A DNA stretch of 64,000 nt. Source: Peribolospora baueri (Eukaryota). Shown here in pieces: positions 12,602 to 25,069 of this stretch (positions are counted from its first letter, which is position 1; every line of letters begins with the position of its first letter). The notes beneath the pieces are model-generated. The model had not been told where the DNA came from, searched no databases, and was given only the letters and a program-made list of their open reading frames with translations. Where the stretch lies: contig JAMDHS010000027.1 of assembly GCA_029717555.1 (NCBI GenBank), positions 124,001-188,000 on the forward strand, read 5' to 3'. The position numbers were made by a program, and so were the translations under genes.

Positions 12602-13950
12602 GCGCGCGGCGGATGAAAGGCGCGGGCCGAGCAGAGCGATGGCGAATGAATGAGTTTTGTTTGGCTTTTGCTTGGCGTTGGTGGGTCGTCCGTTCGTCCG
12701 TTTGTTCGGCCGGCGGCTCTTGTTCTGCTCTTTCCTGATTCTCCCGCCTATCTATCTATCTATGTATCTGCTCCGTCCCACCACCACCACCTGCGTGCTC
12801 ATCTTTCTTTTCGTTTCTCTGGTGCGTGTATGGAAGGAGTGCATCAATACCCATCTATTATCTTTCTTTCGCTCCATGGAGCTCTGTTCAGGCGTGGCAT
12901 CCGTCCTTCGGCGATTCAGATTCGCATCCCTGACGACATCGGGGCATCGTCGTTGAGTGGCCGCCATGTCGTCGTCAGACGTCACTCGTCCTAACCGCTT
13001 CCGAGACGGTGAAACAGATGGTGTGCAGCGTCGATCATGATATCATCGTGTCGCGAAGGTCGACCGACGTCCATTCGCTCGCTCTGCCCGGCCGGAACGC
13101 GGGGCCAGCAAAGGAGGGGCAAGGAAAGACGAACGAGTGATTTGAGACCGGCGGGGACGGCGTCCTGAACAACACAACCAACGGCGTTCCTCAAGACGAC
13201 TCCTCTTCCGCTTTCCCACTCTAACCACTGCCGGCCCGAAAGCGGAGCGCGGCTGGTTTATGCTGCGGCGCGCTACGCAAGACGCCCAGCACTGCACGAC
13301 CGCTCGGCTCGGCGAGGTGGAAGGAAAGGAAAGAAAGAGGAAAGGGAAGGAAAAGCGAGGACGGGCATTATTTGTCTAGCGGCCAGCGCCCAAGCCAAGT
13401 GAGCCATTCCTTCTTAGATCTACTACAACGCATGCACGCCAGTTACAGTGTTGGAAGACTCGGTTTGGTTCATGTCTACGCCCCGCGCCCTGCCCTGCCC
13501 TGCCCGCCTCTTGGCCCGCTCGCCGTTGATATGGTCTACGAAAGATACGCGACTAGAATCTACATGAGCTCATAGGATGCGCTACTTACATAAGTCCTCG
13601 TTGGCCGTTCGCGAGAGGACGCCAAGCCCGTGGGGGGACGCCTACGTGGCTCGACTGGCTAGCGACGGGAGAGAATGGCTAGAAAGAGTGCAGTCGTGGT
13701 GGAGCAAAGGAGAGCGGGCGTCGTCCCGGTGAGTGGCGACTCCACCTGGTCACTGCCGACTAGCAAATTGCTTGCCCTTGGCCTGCGACCGACCTGACCG
13801 TGTGTTGTGCGTTGGTGGAGGAGAGGAAGAAGGGAAAGAGGAAAGAGGAAGGGCGGTCCTGCTTAGAGCGTGTCTAATAAGCTGGTTTCCGGAAGCGGTC
13901 GATTTTTCGCGCCCCTGCCGCCGGCGATATATATGCGTCCTCCGCCGGTC

Positions 13951-13959
13951 GTATATAAG
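13951..13959 (+). promoter_or_regulatory. TATA box of the small secreted protein gene
   Basis: GTATATAAG, with a second TATATAT near 13928, followed by a pyrimidine-rich leader about 230 bp before ATG 14185. Confidence 0.55.
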
Positions 13960-14184
13960 CAGGGCCGTGCCCGCCGCTCGCCTCTTTGTTTCACCCCCTC
14001 AGATCTTCTCGCCCAACACCATCTTTTACTCGTCCTCTCCTTCCGTCCTCCACGTCGCTCCGTGCATCGTTTCGATACTGGTATCGCTTGTTTTGCTCCA
14101 CTTGCTTTAATATCGCTTTTTTTTTCTTGCGCCTTCTCTTGTCCCCCTTGCCCCACCTCATCCCTCACCTTTAACCTGCCCACC

Positions 14185-14905
14185 ATGATGACCACCCGCG
14201 CTTTCTCGCTTTTCTTCGTCGCCCTCGCCGCCCTCCTCGTCTCGCTCGTCTCCGCCGCGCCCATCCCGCGCGACCTCGTCGAGCGCATCGTCTTCAATCC
14301 CACCATCACGAGCCCCAACGCCAGCGCCGTCTGGCACCCTGGCCAGGTGAGCCGCCAGTCATAAACGGGAATAAGGACCTCTCTTGTCCAGCTTCGCTGA
14401 CCTCTCATCCTGCCATTCCTTTTGCCTTCGCACCTCCGTGTAGAACGCTACCGTGACGTGGAAGACGGACAACTTCCCTGAGGGCTTCGCCAACAGGACC
14501 GGCATGGTCCAGCTCGGCTACAAGGACAAGGGCTCCCTCAACGAGCACCTTTGTGAGTCTTCTTTGTCCAACGCTGCTTTCGTTTTCGGCTCGCACGCCA
14601 TGCTCACCCAACCCCTCTCTTCTCGTCTCCCTGCTGCCTTGCGCACAGCCACGATTCTCGCTCAGGACTTCCCCCTCAGCGACGGCCAGGTCACGTTCGA
14701 AGTGCCCCAGGACGCCACGAAGAGGACTAGTGCGTGTCTTCTGTGTTCCCGCGCCCCTCGATGGCGAACACGGTGGTCGTGTGTTCATGTGCGTTCCGGC
14801 ACTGACCCTTGCTTCCCTGATATATGCCTTTTTCCCTTACCAGATGCCATCATCATCCTTTTCGGCGACTCTGGCAACGCCAGCCCCGAGTTCACCATCG
14901 CCTAA
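14185..14905 (+). CDS. Small secreted protein, Ser/Thr-rich-GPI/Kre9-Knh1 N-terminal-like beta domain
   Basis: Signal peptide MMTTRAFSLFFVALAALLVSLVSA. Exons 14185-14346, 14444-14552, 14649-14729 and 14844-14905 have consistent phases. Motifs ITSP..VW..G..TVTW and FGDSGNASPEFTI. Confidence 0.85.
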
Positions 14906-15639
14906 GCCTCTCGTCCATCCATTCCCTTCTTTTTCTTTTGCCTGAGCTTGCACTCCCAAGTACGAGCGCATCATCCATTTGTTTTTCGGTACTCTCTTGC
15001 CTTCGCCAAATAACCAGTATCAGCAAAGAAAACGATCAGCACGCAAGCCAACCTTCGCCTTCACGACTTCGACTGCCTCTTCTTACGACAATTGACACTT
15101 TTAGCGCCTCTACCCTCCCCTCCCTGACATGTCAGCCGTCCTGTACTCAAGCTCATCCACCTGTCGTCGCCAGCAACTTCATACTTGGCAGCATCCCGAG
15201 CTGACGGACTCTCCGAACATACTCCTTCCCGATCCCTGCCCGATTCGCCGTATCCGGCTATCTATCTTCCTTGTGTGTAAATATGTGCATACATTGTCGA
15301 TAGATAGTTCTTCTACTTCTTGCTTTGCCGTCAATGGACACTATTCAATGTGCGACGCGTGCTTATTTTATACGAGGACCTGTGTTTGCCCACGACTTCG
15401 CACGACTTCGCTTGAATGAAAGCACGTGCACCGTCGTCATCGAATTCTTCGTCAAGCCGTCGTAGATGCCCTCCGTCGGCCTCAACTAATCTCCTTTTCT
15501 CATTTTCTTCACGACCATTTCCCGCCTACGTGCCCTTTTTCCTCTGAACGGAGGACACAACACATAACCCTTAGTGGCGAATCAATCCGCCAGGTAACAG
15601 CATCGACGTCGACCGAGCTCGACAGACACAGACAGGTAC

Positions 15640-17590
15640 ATGCTCCCTCGAACCGCCTTGCTGGACACGGCCGGTCAGCTCCGACTCCGGCTCGTCGAGC
15701 TTCTTCCCATCGCCGCCAATGTCCCCGCGGCACGGACACGGACACGAACACGGACGGTGGCCTCGACCAGGGTCGCCGTGCCGTCGCCGCCGCCGCTGTT
15801 TCGACTCGGAGCTGACCAACGTGGGATGACGACGGCGTCGACGCCGACGCCGACTGGGTGCGGCCGCGACGAACGGCAGACGCTTGCAGCCACCCTTTTG
15901 TCGCTGACGTCCTGGAGGAACAACGCCGGCGCAACTGCAGCACGGAATGGACGCTCGGGCGAAAGCGCGGTCGGCCTCGGTCTCGCCCCGAGATGGGCTA
16001 GGTCGAAGTCCTCTCTGGCCGCCTTCGTTTTTGGCTCGTGGCGAGCTTACTTCACGTCCACCTTCGCCGCCAACCGCGCCACTTCATCTCTTCGCTCCCC
16101 CCTTCCCTCTCCTTTTACCTCACCGTTCGTCTTCTCCCGCTTCAGGGGCGGCTCCACCCGCTCCCCACCGCCACCGCCACCTCGCTCATCACTTTCAGCG
16201 CGCCAAGCCTCGGACAACAAACTGTTCAATCGGCTCCGGAGACGAAGCTTTAATCCAGACTACGTGCTTTACGCTCTCATCGGCCTCAACGTCGCTGTGT
16301 GGCTCATCTGGCAATATGCCCATAACAGCTGGCAAAGGTTTGGCGATCCTCGTCCGTTTCAATTCAGTGAGTCTGTCGAGACGCAGAGCCGAAAGGGACC
16401 GCCGGATGACGGGTCGCTTCCGCTTGGGTTCTCTTAGGCGCTCGAAGGCTTCCGGCAGATCGGGTCGAATGAACACGCTTCCTTCTCTCTCTCTCTTCTC
16501 TCACCCATCCAGTGGTCAAAAACTTCTTGTCCGGAGAGCCGAACCTGAGGGAAGGAAGAATGTGAGCTGTTCTGCCCCGTTCTCGAGCTGTCCCTCCGCC
16601 CGGACGGTCGCCCCGGCCGCCTAGGCAAGCTTGGCTCTGTGTTCCACGGCTGAATTTGTCCCTCGGTCCTGGTGGCGCACGCCCAGATGGACCCTTTTGA
16701 CCAGCTGCATATCCCACGACTCGACCGGGCATCTCTTCGTCAATCTCTTGGTGAGCCCCTCCTCTTCCCCTCCCCTCCTTCCTTCCTTCTCTCATCCTGG
16801 CCGTCCACTCCTCCTCCTCCTCCAGGGCCTCTTCTTCATGGGCCAGCCTGTGATCCACCTCCTGGGGTCGGCGCGCTTCCTCGCCCTCTACTTCGGAGCA
16901 GGCACATTCTCGAGCCTCGTCAGCCTCACCTGGCACAGGCTCTTCGATCGCGGAAGCGGTCGCAGCGCCAATCTGAGGGAGTACAGTCACGGCGCGAGCG
17001 GTGAGTCTCGGGGGTGTGCGAAGGGCAGAGCCCGGTTTTCAGCTTTGAGATTCCGGACGTGGAGATGGACTGACTCGTCTTTCGGCTTGTTTACCTTCCG
17101 CTCTCTCTCTCTATGACCAGGCGCGATCTACGCGGTGATGACCACCTTTGCAGCAATGTACCCCAACGCCACCTTTCTCATTTTCTTCGTGAGCCTTTTC
17201 AGGTTCTCCTCGCGTAGGCATGCAAGGACGAGCGCTGATGGATCGCTGTGGCCTGCGACGTCGTTCCGTTTTCGTCGCTTTCTTCTCCGCCCGCGTCGCC
17301 CTCGACTGACTGACTGTATCCACAGGTCATCCCCGCTCCCGCTTGGGCATGTGTCGGCGGCCTCTTCGCCTGGGACCTGTACAGCGCTTGGCGCCGTCCG
17401 GTGAGCGATCTTGGGAGGCGTTGGCGGAACCAGGAGCGGAGGCCAGCGAGGTCGACTCGATGTTGACGTTCTTTTTCTTTGCCATCCGCAGGGCTCCCAA
17501 AAGGACTCTGCCGGTCACCTAGGAGGCATCCTGGCCGGTTTGTTGTTCTACCGCTTCCGTATTCGCGGCGGCGGCGTCGGTCAGTGGTGA
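15640..17590 (+). CDS. PCP1: Mitochondrial rhomboid intramembrane serine protease (PARL/Pcp1-like)
   Basis: Arg-rich presequence; WTLLTSCISH..GHLFVN; catalytic GASG (~16991); SAGHLGG catalytic His (~17510); multiple GT-AG introns; TGA at 17588-17590. Confidence 0.88.
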
Positions 17591-17696
17591 GCTATCTAAC
17601 GTCGCGTGAGCCGCCCGGGCGGGCTTGGTCGATTCGGTTGTGCAATGAACGAATGGGGCTATCATGTCATATCACCACTGCTCGCTCGGCTGGAGG

Positions 17697-17749
17697 AAAA
17701 AATAAAAAAAATAAAAAAAATAAAAAAAAAGAATAAAAAAATAAAAAAA
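17697..17749. repeat. A-rich tandem repeat (AAAAAAAAT-like)
   Basis: aaaaaataaaaaaaataaaaaaaataaaaaaaaagaataaaaaaataaaaaaa downstream of the rhomboid stop. Confidence 0.8.
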
Positions 17750-18866
17750 GTTGGCCAGTGCGGTGGAGTCTCCGTCATGGTTTTCTTTCGCACTGAGGCT
17801 GACCGACTGAGACTGGGAAGCTGAAGCCGAGTTGAATGAGTGCAATGAGGCGGACCACGCCGCGCCGTCCGGCCCAGTGGGCACGGCACGACCTTCCCAT
17901 AAGCAGGGATCGATCCACCCTCCGGAGGAGTCAAGGTCGACCACGTCGACCTTTGCGGTCGAGAGAACGAACGAACGAACGAACGAACGGACGAGTGTGG
18001 TAGCATGAAATCCCCGCCACCGCGCTCATCGTCTTCCTCCGCTTGACCCCGTCTCTTCTTCCGTCCCCACTAGCCTCAGTGACCCTACCCCGTCCTCTTC
18101 TGACCCCGTCCTGGGCGAGGGCGGACGGTGACGGCGGCGGCTCAACATGGCTGGCGGGCCACTCAAAGACAGACAGGCGGGACGCCGTGTACGCGGCGCA
18201 GCGCAGCGTAGAGGAAGGACGGGAGCGAGCGATATGGACGAGTGCGGATGCGGGACGGCGCATGGACCTTCGACGGAGACGAGAGGAGGGACAAACGACG
18301 AACGTCCGAGTGAATGTAAACCGAATCGAATCGTCCAAACCCAATGAAATCACATTCCATCCACAATACATGTAACCCCCTCGCCCCCGCCCCCGCCCCC
18401 GCCCCCCTTAGCTCATCCGTCCATCATGCCCTCCCCTCTTCCTTTCGTCCCCTTGTCCGAAGGAAAGCGGAAAGGGAAAGAGGAGACGAAGGGCGTTGAG
18501 GGCGTTGCGGCCAGGGGAAAGAAGAGAGGAAAAGAAGGAAAGATGATAGGAAAGTGATACATTCAGCGTCCGTAGCTGGTCTGGTCGACGAGATCGTCCG
18601 CGGAAAAAGAAGAAGACGGAAGGACGTCCGGGGTGGGCGGGGCGAGGAACGCAAGCGAGTAAGATGCGGGCGGGAGGAAGCGAGAAGCGGAAAGGGATGA
18701 GAGGAGAGGAGCAAGAAAGGGTTTGATAGGGTCGGAGGAGGATGGGCTCATCGGCAGAGGGATCGGTTATAAACGAAGACGACGTGAGCAAGACGAGATG
18801 AGATGTTGAGAGAGGCAAGGCGAAGATGGGGAACGGAGGACTATCGGCGGCAGTAGTAGCGTCCCT

Positions 18867-21062
18867 CTATTCGCCTGGGTTGGCGACCTGGAAAGCCAAC
18901 GAACGCATCAAAAGTCAGCGGCCAGCCCGACTCGATGGATGGCGCGCCGCGCACGACCCACCGTCAAGATCTTCCTCGAGTAATCCTGATCGTCCTTGAG
19001 GCTGTGCGAGCTCCCGTTCTCGTGCGTCCTCTGCATCGCCGCCATCGGGTCTAGCCGCGCGTCCGGCCCGGTCCCTTCAGGTCCCGCGGGAGGCGCGCCA
19101 ACGGCGCCGGCGCCGGCGCCGTCGCCGTCGAAAGGAGATGGCTGTCCGCTGTGCGGGTTGCTTCCCGCGAACCACGTCGCAGGCGCGTACTCCGCACCGC
19201 CGCCGGCGGCGGCGGCGGCGGCGCCTCCTTGGTCGACTTCAGGATGACCGTACGCCATCGCGGCGTCGTACGGGCTAGAGTCGTAGGCGATTCCTCCCAT
19301 GCCGCCGGCATAGCCTGGCGAGTTCATGAGGTAAGCCGTGGGCCCCTGCTGCGAACCGCCAGAGCCACCGGAACCAGCCTCGGCGCTGTTGCCGTTGCCA
19401 CTGCCGCCCGGTCCGCCGGCGCCGTAGTAGTGGTTCTCGCTCGAGCTCGGGTTGCGTCCCAAGTTGACCGGCTGCTGCTCCGGGCTGTTTCCTCGCTGCT
19501 GCTGGCCCGCCGCGTAGTAGCCCGCGGCGGCGGCCGGGCCGTACGCGCCCATGCCGGCCATACCAGGTCCAGATGCCGAGTACTGGCTCGGCTCGTAGCC
19601 CTCGGCGCCGTAGCCGGCGTAATAGTTGGCCGGGTAGCCGCCGCCTACGACAGGACCGGCGCTGTAGCCAGCGTCGGCGTACTCTCCGGCGCCATAACCA
19701 CCGGCAGCGGGGCCCGGGTGAACAGGGGCGGGACTGGCCTGCATCATGTTGAACTCGGGGTCGTCGTCATCGAACGGCGTCCGGTGGCTCGCCGCGGCGG
19801 CCGAAGCGGCGGCGGCCACGTCGGCGTCCATCTGCGAACGCTTACGCTTCCTGTACAGGAAGTAGGCAGCGCCGATGATGAGCGCGGCAGCGGCAATTCC
19901 CACGACGGCGAAGACGCCAGCGACGGCTCCCTTGTTGTTGAAAAAGCCAGAGCCGCTACTGCCGCCACGGCCGCCGTTCAGGTTGGGGCTACTGCTCGGG
20001 GTCTGAGTCGAGGTCAAGGTCTGCCCATTGTCGGTGATGGTCACGACCGAGACGTTCTCCGTCTGCGTCGAGGTTCCCACGGCCGTCGTGCTATCATCGC
20101 GACCGGAAGAGAAGTCGGAAGATGAGGAATAATTAGAAGAGAGGGAATGGGAGGCAGAACTGCTGTAAGACACGCGGTTTTAAAAGACACATGCGCCAGT
20201 GAGGTAAAAACGGGTCGCAATCGGCGGGACGGAGAAGAAGTGCGTCGACAGGCACCGACGATCGTATAAGCGAATAGAGGAGTCACGACTCACCTCGTCG
20301 GCTGTGTAGACGACGTGGTGCTGGTCGTCGTTCTGGTGGAAGAGGTTGTGGACGAGGTCGTCGCTGACGAGGTGGAGGTGGTGCTGCTGCTGGTCGTAGT
20401 CACCGGCGTTGACGAAGTAGTCCTTTGCGGTGGTGATGGGGATGAATCGGAAGAGGTGAGGGGAGGAGAGGAAGAGGAGGACGACAGCGGCGGGCGGGGA
20501 GAAGAGGAGGTAGGGGAGGTAAAGGAGGAAGAGGAGGAGGGGGAGGAGGATGAAGGTGAGGAGGAGGCGCTTCAAGGAAGGTGCAAAAGGGGCGGAGGCG
20601 CCCGCAGCGGGGCAGCACGGTCACGAACGAAAAAAAAGTGACCAACGAGACCTCAGGGGTCCGAGAGCAGGCAAAGAGCCACTGCAAGAGGTAGCGGGAC
20701 GAAGAGCATATAGAAATGACTTACGATGTGCTGGTGGTCGAGGTAGTGGAGGTAGTGGAGGTAGTAGGATCAGGCGAGGAAGAGGTGGTTGACGGGCTCG
20801 GCGAGGAATTCGGACTGGAGATAGTAAAGGGGTCTAGGAAAGAGGGGGAAAGGGACAAAGGATGAGGCTACGTTTCACGGGAGACGATAGGCCAGACGAC
20901 GAGTCCAGGCGAGTCCTTCCGCCGCGCTGTCGGACGGCTGACGGGCACGCCATGCGAGGTCGTCGCACGCATGAAGGCAGAGAAGACGGCGGGATGGATC
21001 GTTCACTCACTCGTCGACTGGTCGGTCGAGGCGCCAGCCCGGCCAACGGTGAAGGAGGACAT
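18867..21062 (-). CDS. Mid2/Wsc-like single-pass cell-surface sensor (Ser/Thr-rich stalk, TM helix, Tyr/Gly-rich tail)
   Basis: Exons ~21062-21011, 20833-20725, 20569-20294, 20162-18962 and 18887-18867 are phase-consistent. TM GAVAGVFAVVGIAAAALIIGAAYFLY followed by RKRKR. C-terminal DYSRKILTVANP resembles Wsc-family tails. Confidence 0.8.
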
Positions 21063-21708
21063 GATGCGAACGGGTCACTGCGGGGGCGATGACGATGGGT
21101 GGAGAGGAAAAGACGGGGAGGATGGTAAGAAAGGAGGGCCTTGCTGGGGGCACACGATTAGGTCACTGGCGACGACGCCGACGCCGACGCCGACGCGGGG
21201 TACGGGAACGGCTGGACAAGGTACGAGGGGGCCGGACGAGTGGCTTGGCGGGCGACGTCGACGCGGCGCGGCACGATGACGGCGGCGTCGGCGCTCACCT
21301 GGACAAAGACGAGAGAATGAAGGGGGGAGGAGACGAGGTAGGAGGGACGACGCAGGGTATCGAACGTCGGCCGTTGCTTCTGCCTCTTTTAATTTTTTCT
21401 GTCCCTACGAAACGATGCCGGCGCGGTGTCTCGCGTGTCTCTTTTTTTGTCCCACCTCTTGCGGGGGAAGGCTGCGTCGAGGGAGAAGGGCGAAGGAGGG
21501 AATGAATGAGCAGCGGGGGACGTCGGGTGGCGGTCGCAGTCGGTGCGAGTGGAGGGGGGACGGGGGGCAGAGAAGGAGTGGATGGAAAGAGAGAAAGACT
21601 AAACTGGGGCGATGGCGGTGAAGGGAAGGGCGGGGCTGGGGCTGGGCTGGGGCTGGGGCTGGCGCTTGAGGGGGAGCAGAGCAGGGGGCGGCGAAGAAGA
21701 AGGAGGAG

Positions 21709-21762
21709 GAGGTGGTGGTGGTGATGGTGATGGTGGTGGTGGTGGTGGTGGTGGTGGTGATG
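21709..21762. repeat. (GGT/GAT)n trinucleotide microsatellite
   Basis: Run of ggtggtggtggtgatggtgatggtggt... read directly. Confidence 0.85.
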
Positions 21763-22740
21763 ACGATGGCGGGTGTCAGGTGAGGAGGAGGAGGAGGACG
21801 GGTCTGAGGTGAACTGACTGATGGGCGATGACGGCGGACGATGATGACGATGATGATGTGGGCGCCTTAGGCCCGGTTAACGGCCCATAGCTGCGACTAC
21901 AAGTGATATTACAAGTGTGATTACAACGGCGACGGCCGCCAATACAAACGCCCAACCCAACCCAGGCCCAGGCCGCCGGACTCCGTGGTCCGCCTTTCGT
22001 CCCGCCGGCGGCGTCGCTTGGCGTTGCAGAAGTAGCAGAAGCAGAAAGACCTACGACGAGAGCAGACAGAGCACACAGCATAGCCCAGCAGATCACACCT
22101 GTCTACGACGCCGCTGACGGCGCCCTTGACGGACAAGGTGCTCCATAAAGGCCATCCAGTGTCTTGGCCAAGCGAGCCAGCCGGTGCGCAATCCGTCGAA
22201 CCACCGTCCACCGTCCACCAACCGCCCTTGCCCCATGACGCATCTGCGATGCCGCCGTAGGCCGCCGCGCCGGTGAGCCAAGCCCTTCCTTCCTTCTTTC
22301 CTGCTCGACTTCGAAAAAAAAAAAAAAAATTCCCCGTACGTCCGCCCCTTTCGATGCCCTTCGATTCGATTCGCAACATCGCCCCGCGCGCGTCCTTCCT
22401 CACCCTCGCCCCCGGTGGTCCGCCCGGAGAACGGCTGGCTGTTTTCGTCGCTCCCCTCCCCCTTTCCCTCGAGTTTCCCTTTTCGGACGAACGCGACCGA
22501 CGACGGAGGAAGGCGTATCGACCACGGCTGCGGTGGGGGGGAGGGGATGGGATTACATAAGCGGCACGCTCGCGATCTCTCTTGGCCACGCTTCCTTTCT
22601 TGCGCACTTCTTCGTGTCGGCCGCGAGCGATCGACTGCGGCGTCGCGTTTCTTCCTGGCCGACGTCCCGACGTCGCTGTCCGAGCCGAGTGGAAGGAAGG
22701 AGGGAAGGAACGTCGCTGGCTCGTTCCACGATCACACGCA

Positions 22741-23721
22741 ATGCCTCTTCGACAGCCGAGTCTCCCATCTCCTTCCACCGTCGCACGCCTGCCCTTGCCT
22801 TTGTTCGCCGGCGCCCGCGCACGGCCGGGCCCTTCGTTCTTCTGGACCACCGGCCATCGAGCCCTCGCCGCACGACCACGACCGCCGTCGACGACGACGG
22901 CGACGGCGACGACGACGGCGACGGGCGTGTTTCTCCTGCCTTTCGCCAACTTCCGCTTGCCGTCCTCGTCGACCGGGATCGTTGACGACCGTTTGCGAGC
23001 GAGCCGACGGAGATGGACGACGGGTCATTCTACCTTGCGCGCCTTTTCCTCCTCTTCCTCCTCCGTCCGCCGCGACGCTGACGGCATCGTCGTCTACGAA
23101 GGCCCGCTCGCGAGCACCTTCCGCCGTCTCAAGCTATTCTCCCTCTCCTCACTCGGCCTCTGCACGCTCTTCTCTCCATTCCTCCTCTTCATCGACTCCA
23201 CCCTCCCCTTCTCCGCCCGCCTCTTCCTCATGTCCACCGCCCTCCTCACGAGCGTCACTAGCACGGCGCTCATCGGATGGGTGGGAAAGCCGTACGTCAA
23301 CTCGATGTGCGAAGTAGACGAAGACGTAGACGGCGGCGCTGCTGGGAAAAAAGTGCTGGACGTCTATACGACCGACGTCTTCCTCCGCCCCCTCCGCACC
23401 ACCATCGTCGAGCCCCACTTCCTCCGCCGACACACCAACCGTCCTTTCGCCACATGGGAGCTCGACGTCACCTCCCCCTCTCCCTTCCACGGTGAGACGA
23501 CGGCGACGCTCGTGAGCGAGACACGCAACCTCAAGACCGGCAAAATCGTCGGACGGATCTGGATGCATGCCGACGCCGACGCCGACGGGGGTGAAGGAAA
23601 AGTCGAGGTCAAGGTGGAAGGAAAGCCGGTGAGGCACTTTAACGTGCATGAGGAGGTGTTGCGCCAGTGGCAGGCGGAGGAGGGGGAGGGGGAGGGGGAG
23701 GATGTGCGCAAGGAGAAGTGA
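22741..23721 (+). CDS. TMEM70/TMEM186/TMEM223-family mitochondrial membrane protein
   Basis: Single-exon ORF with an Arg/Ser-rich presequence, VYEGPLASTFRRLKLFSLSS, two TM helices and WVGKPYV, all typical of the TMEM70 family. Confidence 0.7.
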   Translation: MPLRQPSLPSPSTVARLPLPLFAGARARPGPSFFWTTGHRALAARPRPPSTTTATATTTATGVFLLPFANFRLPSSSTGIVDDRLRASRRRWTTGHSTLRAFSSSSSSVRRDADGIVVYEGPLASTFRRLKLFSLSSLGLCTLFSPFLLFIDSTLPFSARLFLMSTALLTSVTSTALIGWVGKPYVNSMCEVDEDVDGGAAGKKVLDVYTTDVFLRPLRTTIVEPHFLRRHTNRPFATWELDVTSPSPFHGETTATLVSETRNLKTGKIVGRIWMHADADADGGEGKVEVKVEGKPVRHFNVHEEVLRQWQAEEGEGEGEDVRKEK

Positions 23722-24705
23722 CAGCGGTGGGGTGGCTTCCCTCCTTCGTTCGTCTGCTCTTTTCAAGAGGGTCCCCGGTCGCTGATATCATATAGACTTA
23801 TAAGCCATTCATCAGCCGGCGCGCTTTAAAGGGGGTTTTGGCTCCCATGAACGACGACGACGAGGTTCACACCAGTACCAGTGACCGACACGAGGTCGGA
23901 ACACGCTTCGAACGAACGATCGATCGATCGATCGAACGAGATGGTGTGAAAAGAGTACGAAGTGCGAGGGTTGGACCAGGGGTACGTTGATTCTAGAGGG
24001 TACCTGAACGTGACCTGACGGACGGACGGACAGAGGGACGGGAGACGACGGTGAAGACAGGTGTGAAACCCAGGGGAGAGAGAAAAAGCCGACCGACAAG
24101 ACAACCACCCAAACCAAGCCAAGATCAAGCCAACACCAAGCCAAGCGAGCCCGAAGATGAACGAAAAGAGGGGGAAACGAAGGAGAAGGAGAAGGGTCTT
24201 GTGGCAATAGGAGGAAATAGAGAGAAGAGAGAATGATGAGAGCCCGACGGAAAAGAGGTGAAGACCCGGATATGAGCGGAGAGGAGGCCCAAAGACGGAG
24301 GGAAGATGAGACGAGACGAGATGACGACGGTGGAGGAGAGACGAGAGGAAACTGCGGGGGAGACGTACGACCCGAGAGCGTTCCTGAGCCGAGGTGGAGC
24401 GAGATGACGAGACGGGAGACGACGACGCGAGGCGACGGCGACGCGACACGATGCGACCCAACATGAGGACGAGGAGGAGGAAAGATGTACCGAGAAGGGA
24501 AGACAGCACGGGAGAGAGGAGGGAGGCGAGCGGAGGACGAGCGAGCGAGCGAACGAGCGTGCGAGCGGGAACGCTGGCAAGACGGAGTGCGGACGGGCGG
24601 AGGATGACTGGATTGTGTGAGTATGGATGGATGGACGGATGGATGAAAGTACGAGGGAACGGAGCGGGGACATGGAATCCGTTAAGAATCGAATGGAACA
24701 TGACG

Positions 24706-24748
24706 GAATAGAATAGAATGGAATAGAGTAAAATAAAATAAAAAAAAA
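24706..24748. repeat. (AATAG)n/(AAAAT)n AT-rich repeat
   Basis: gaatagaatagaatggaatagagtaaaataaaataaaaaaaa, 3' of the riboflavin kinase gene. Confidence 0.75.
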
Positions 24749-25069
24749 TGCCCGACGCCTGGACGACCGTAGAATACCGACAGAGACGGGATGACCGGAG
24801 CGGGGAGAGAGGAGGCATGAGGCCGAGATAAAGAAAGGGAATAAATCGAAGACAAAGGCGAGGAAGGGGTGAGGTGGCCAATACGTCTTCCGTCAGCGCG
24901 GAGACGCGGCCGATCCTCTTTTGGAGAGCGCCGTCCAACGCGGCCCACCCGGGCGAACGAACGAGCGAACAGTGGATGCGACGTATGACGGTCGGCGCGT
25001 CTAAGAGAAAACGCCAAGTCGGTCGGGAGAGATCGACGGAAAGAAAGCGCGGCGGCAGTGGATGTGGAA

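Noticed and set aside
19151..20125. 324-aa plus-strand ORF
   Set aside because: Antisense to the Mid2/Wsc-like exon; R/G/V-rich shadow.
21776..22096. ORF with a signal-peptide-like start (MLCALSALVVGLSA) as a possible first exon of the sensor gene
   Set aside because: No convincing splice path in frame to the downstream exons; lies in the repeat-rich divergent promoter region.
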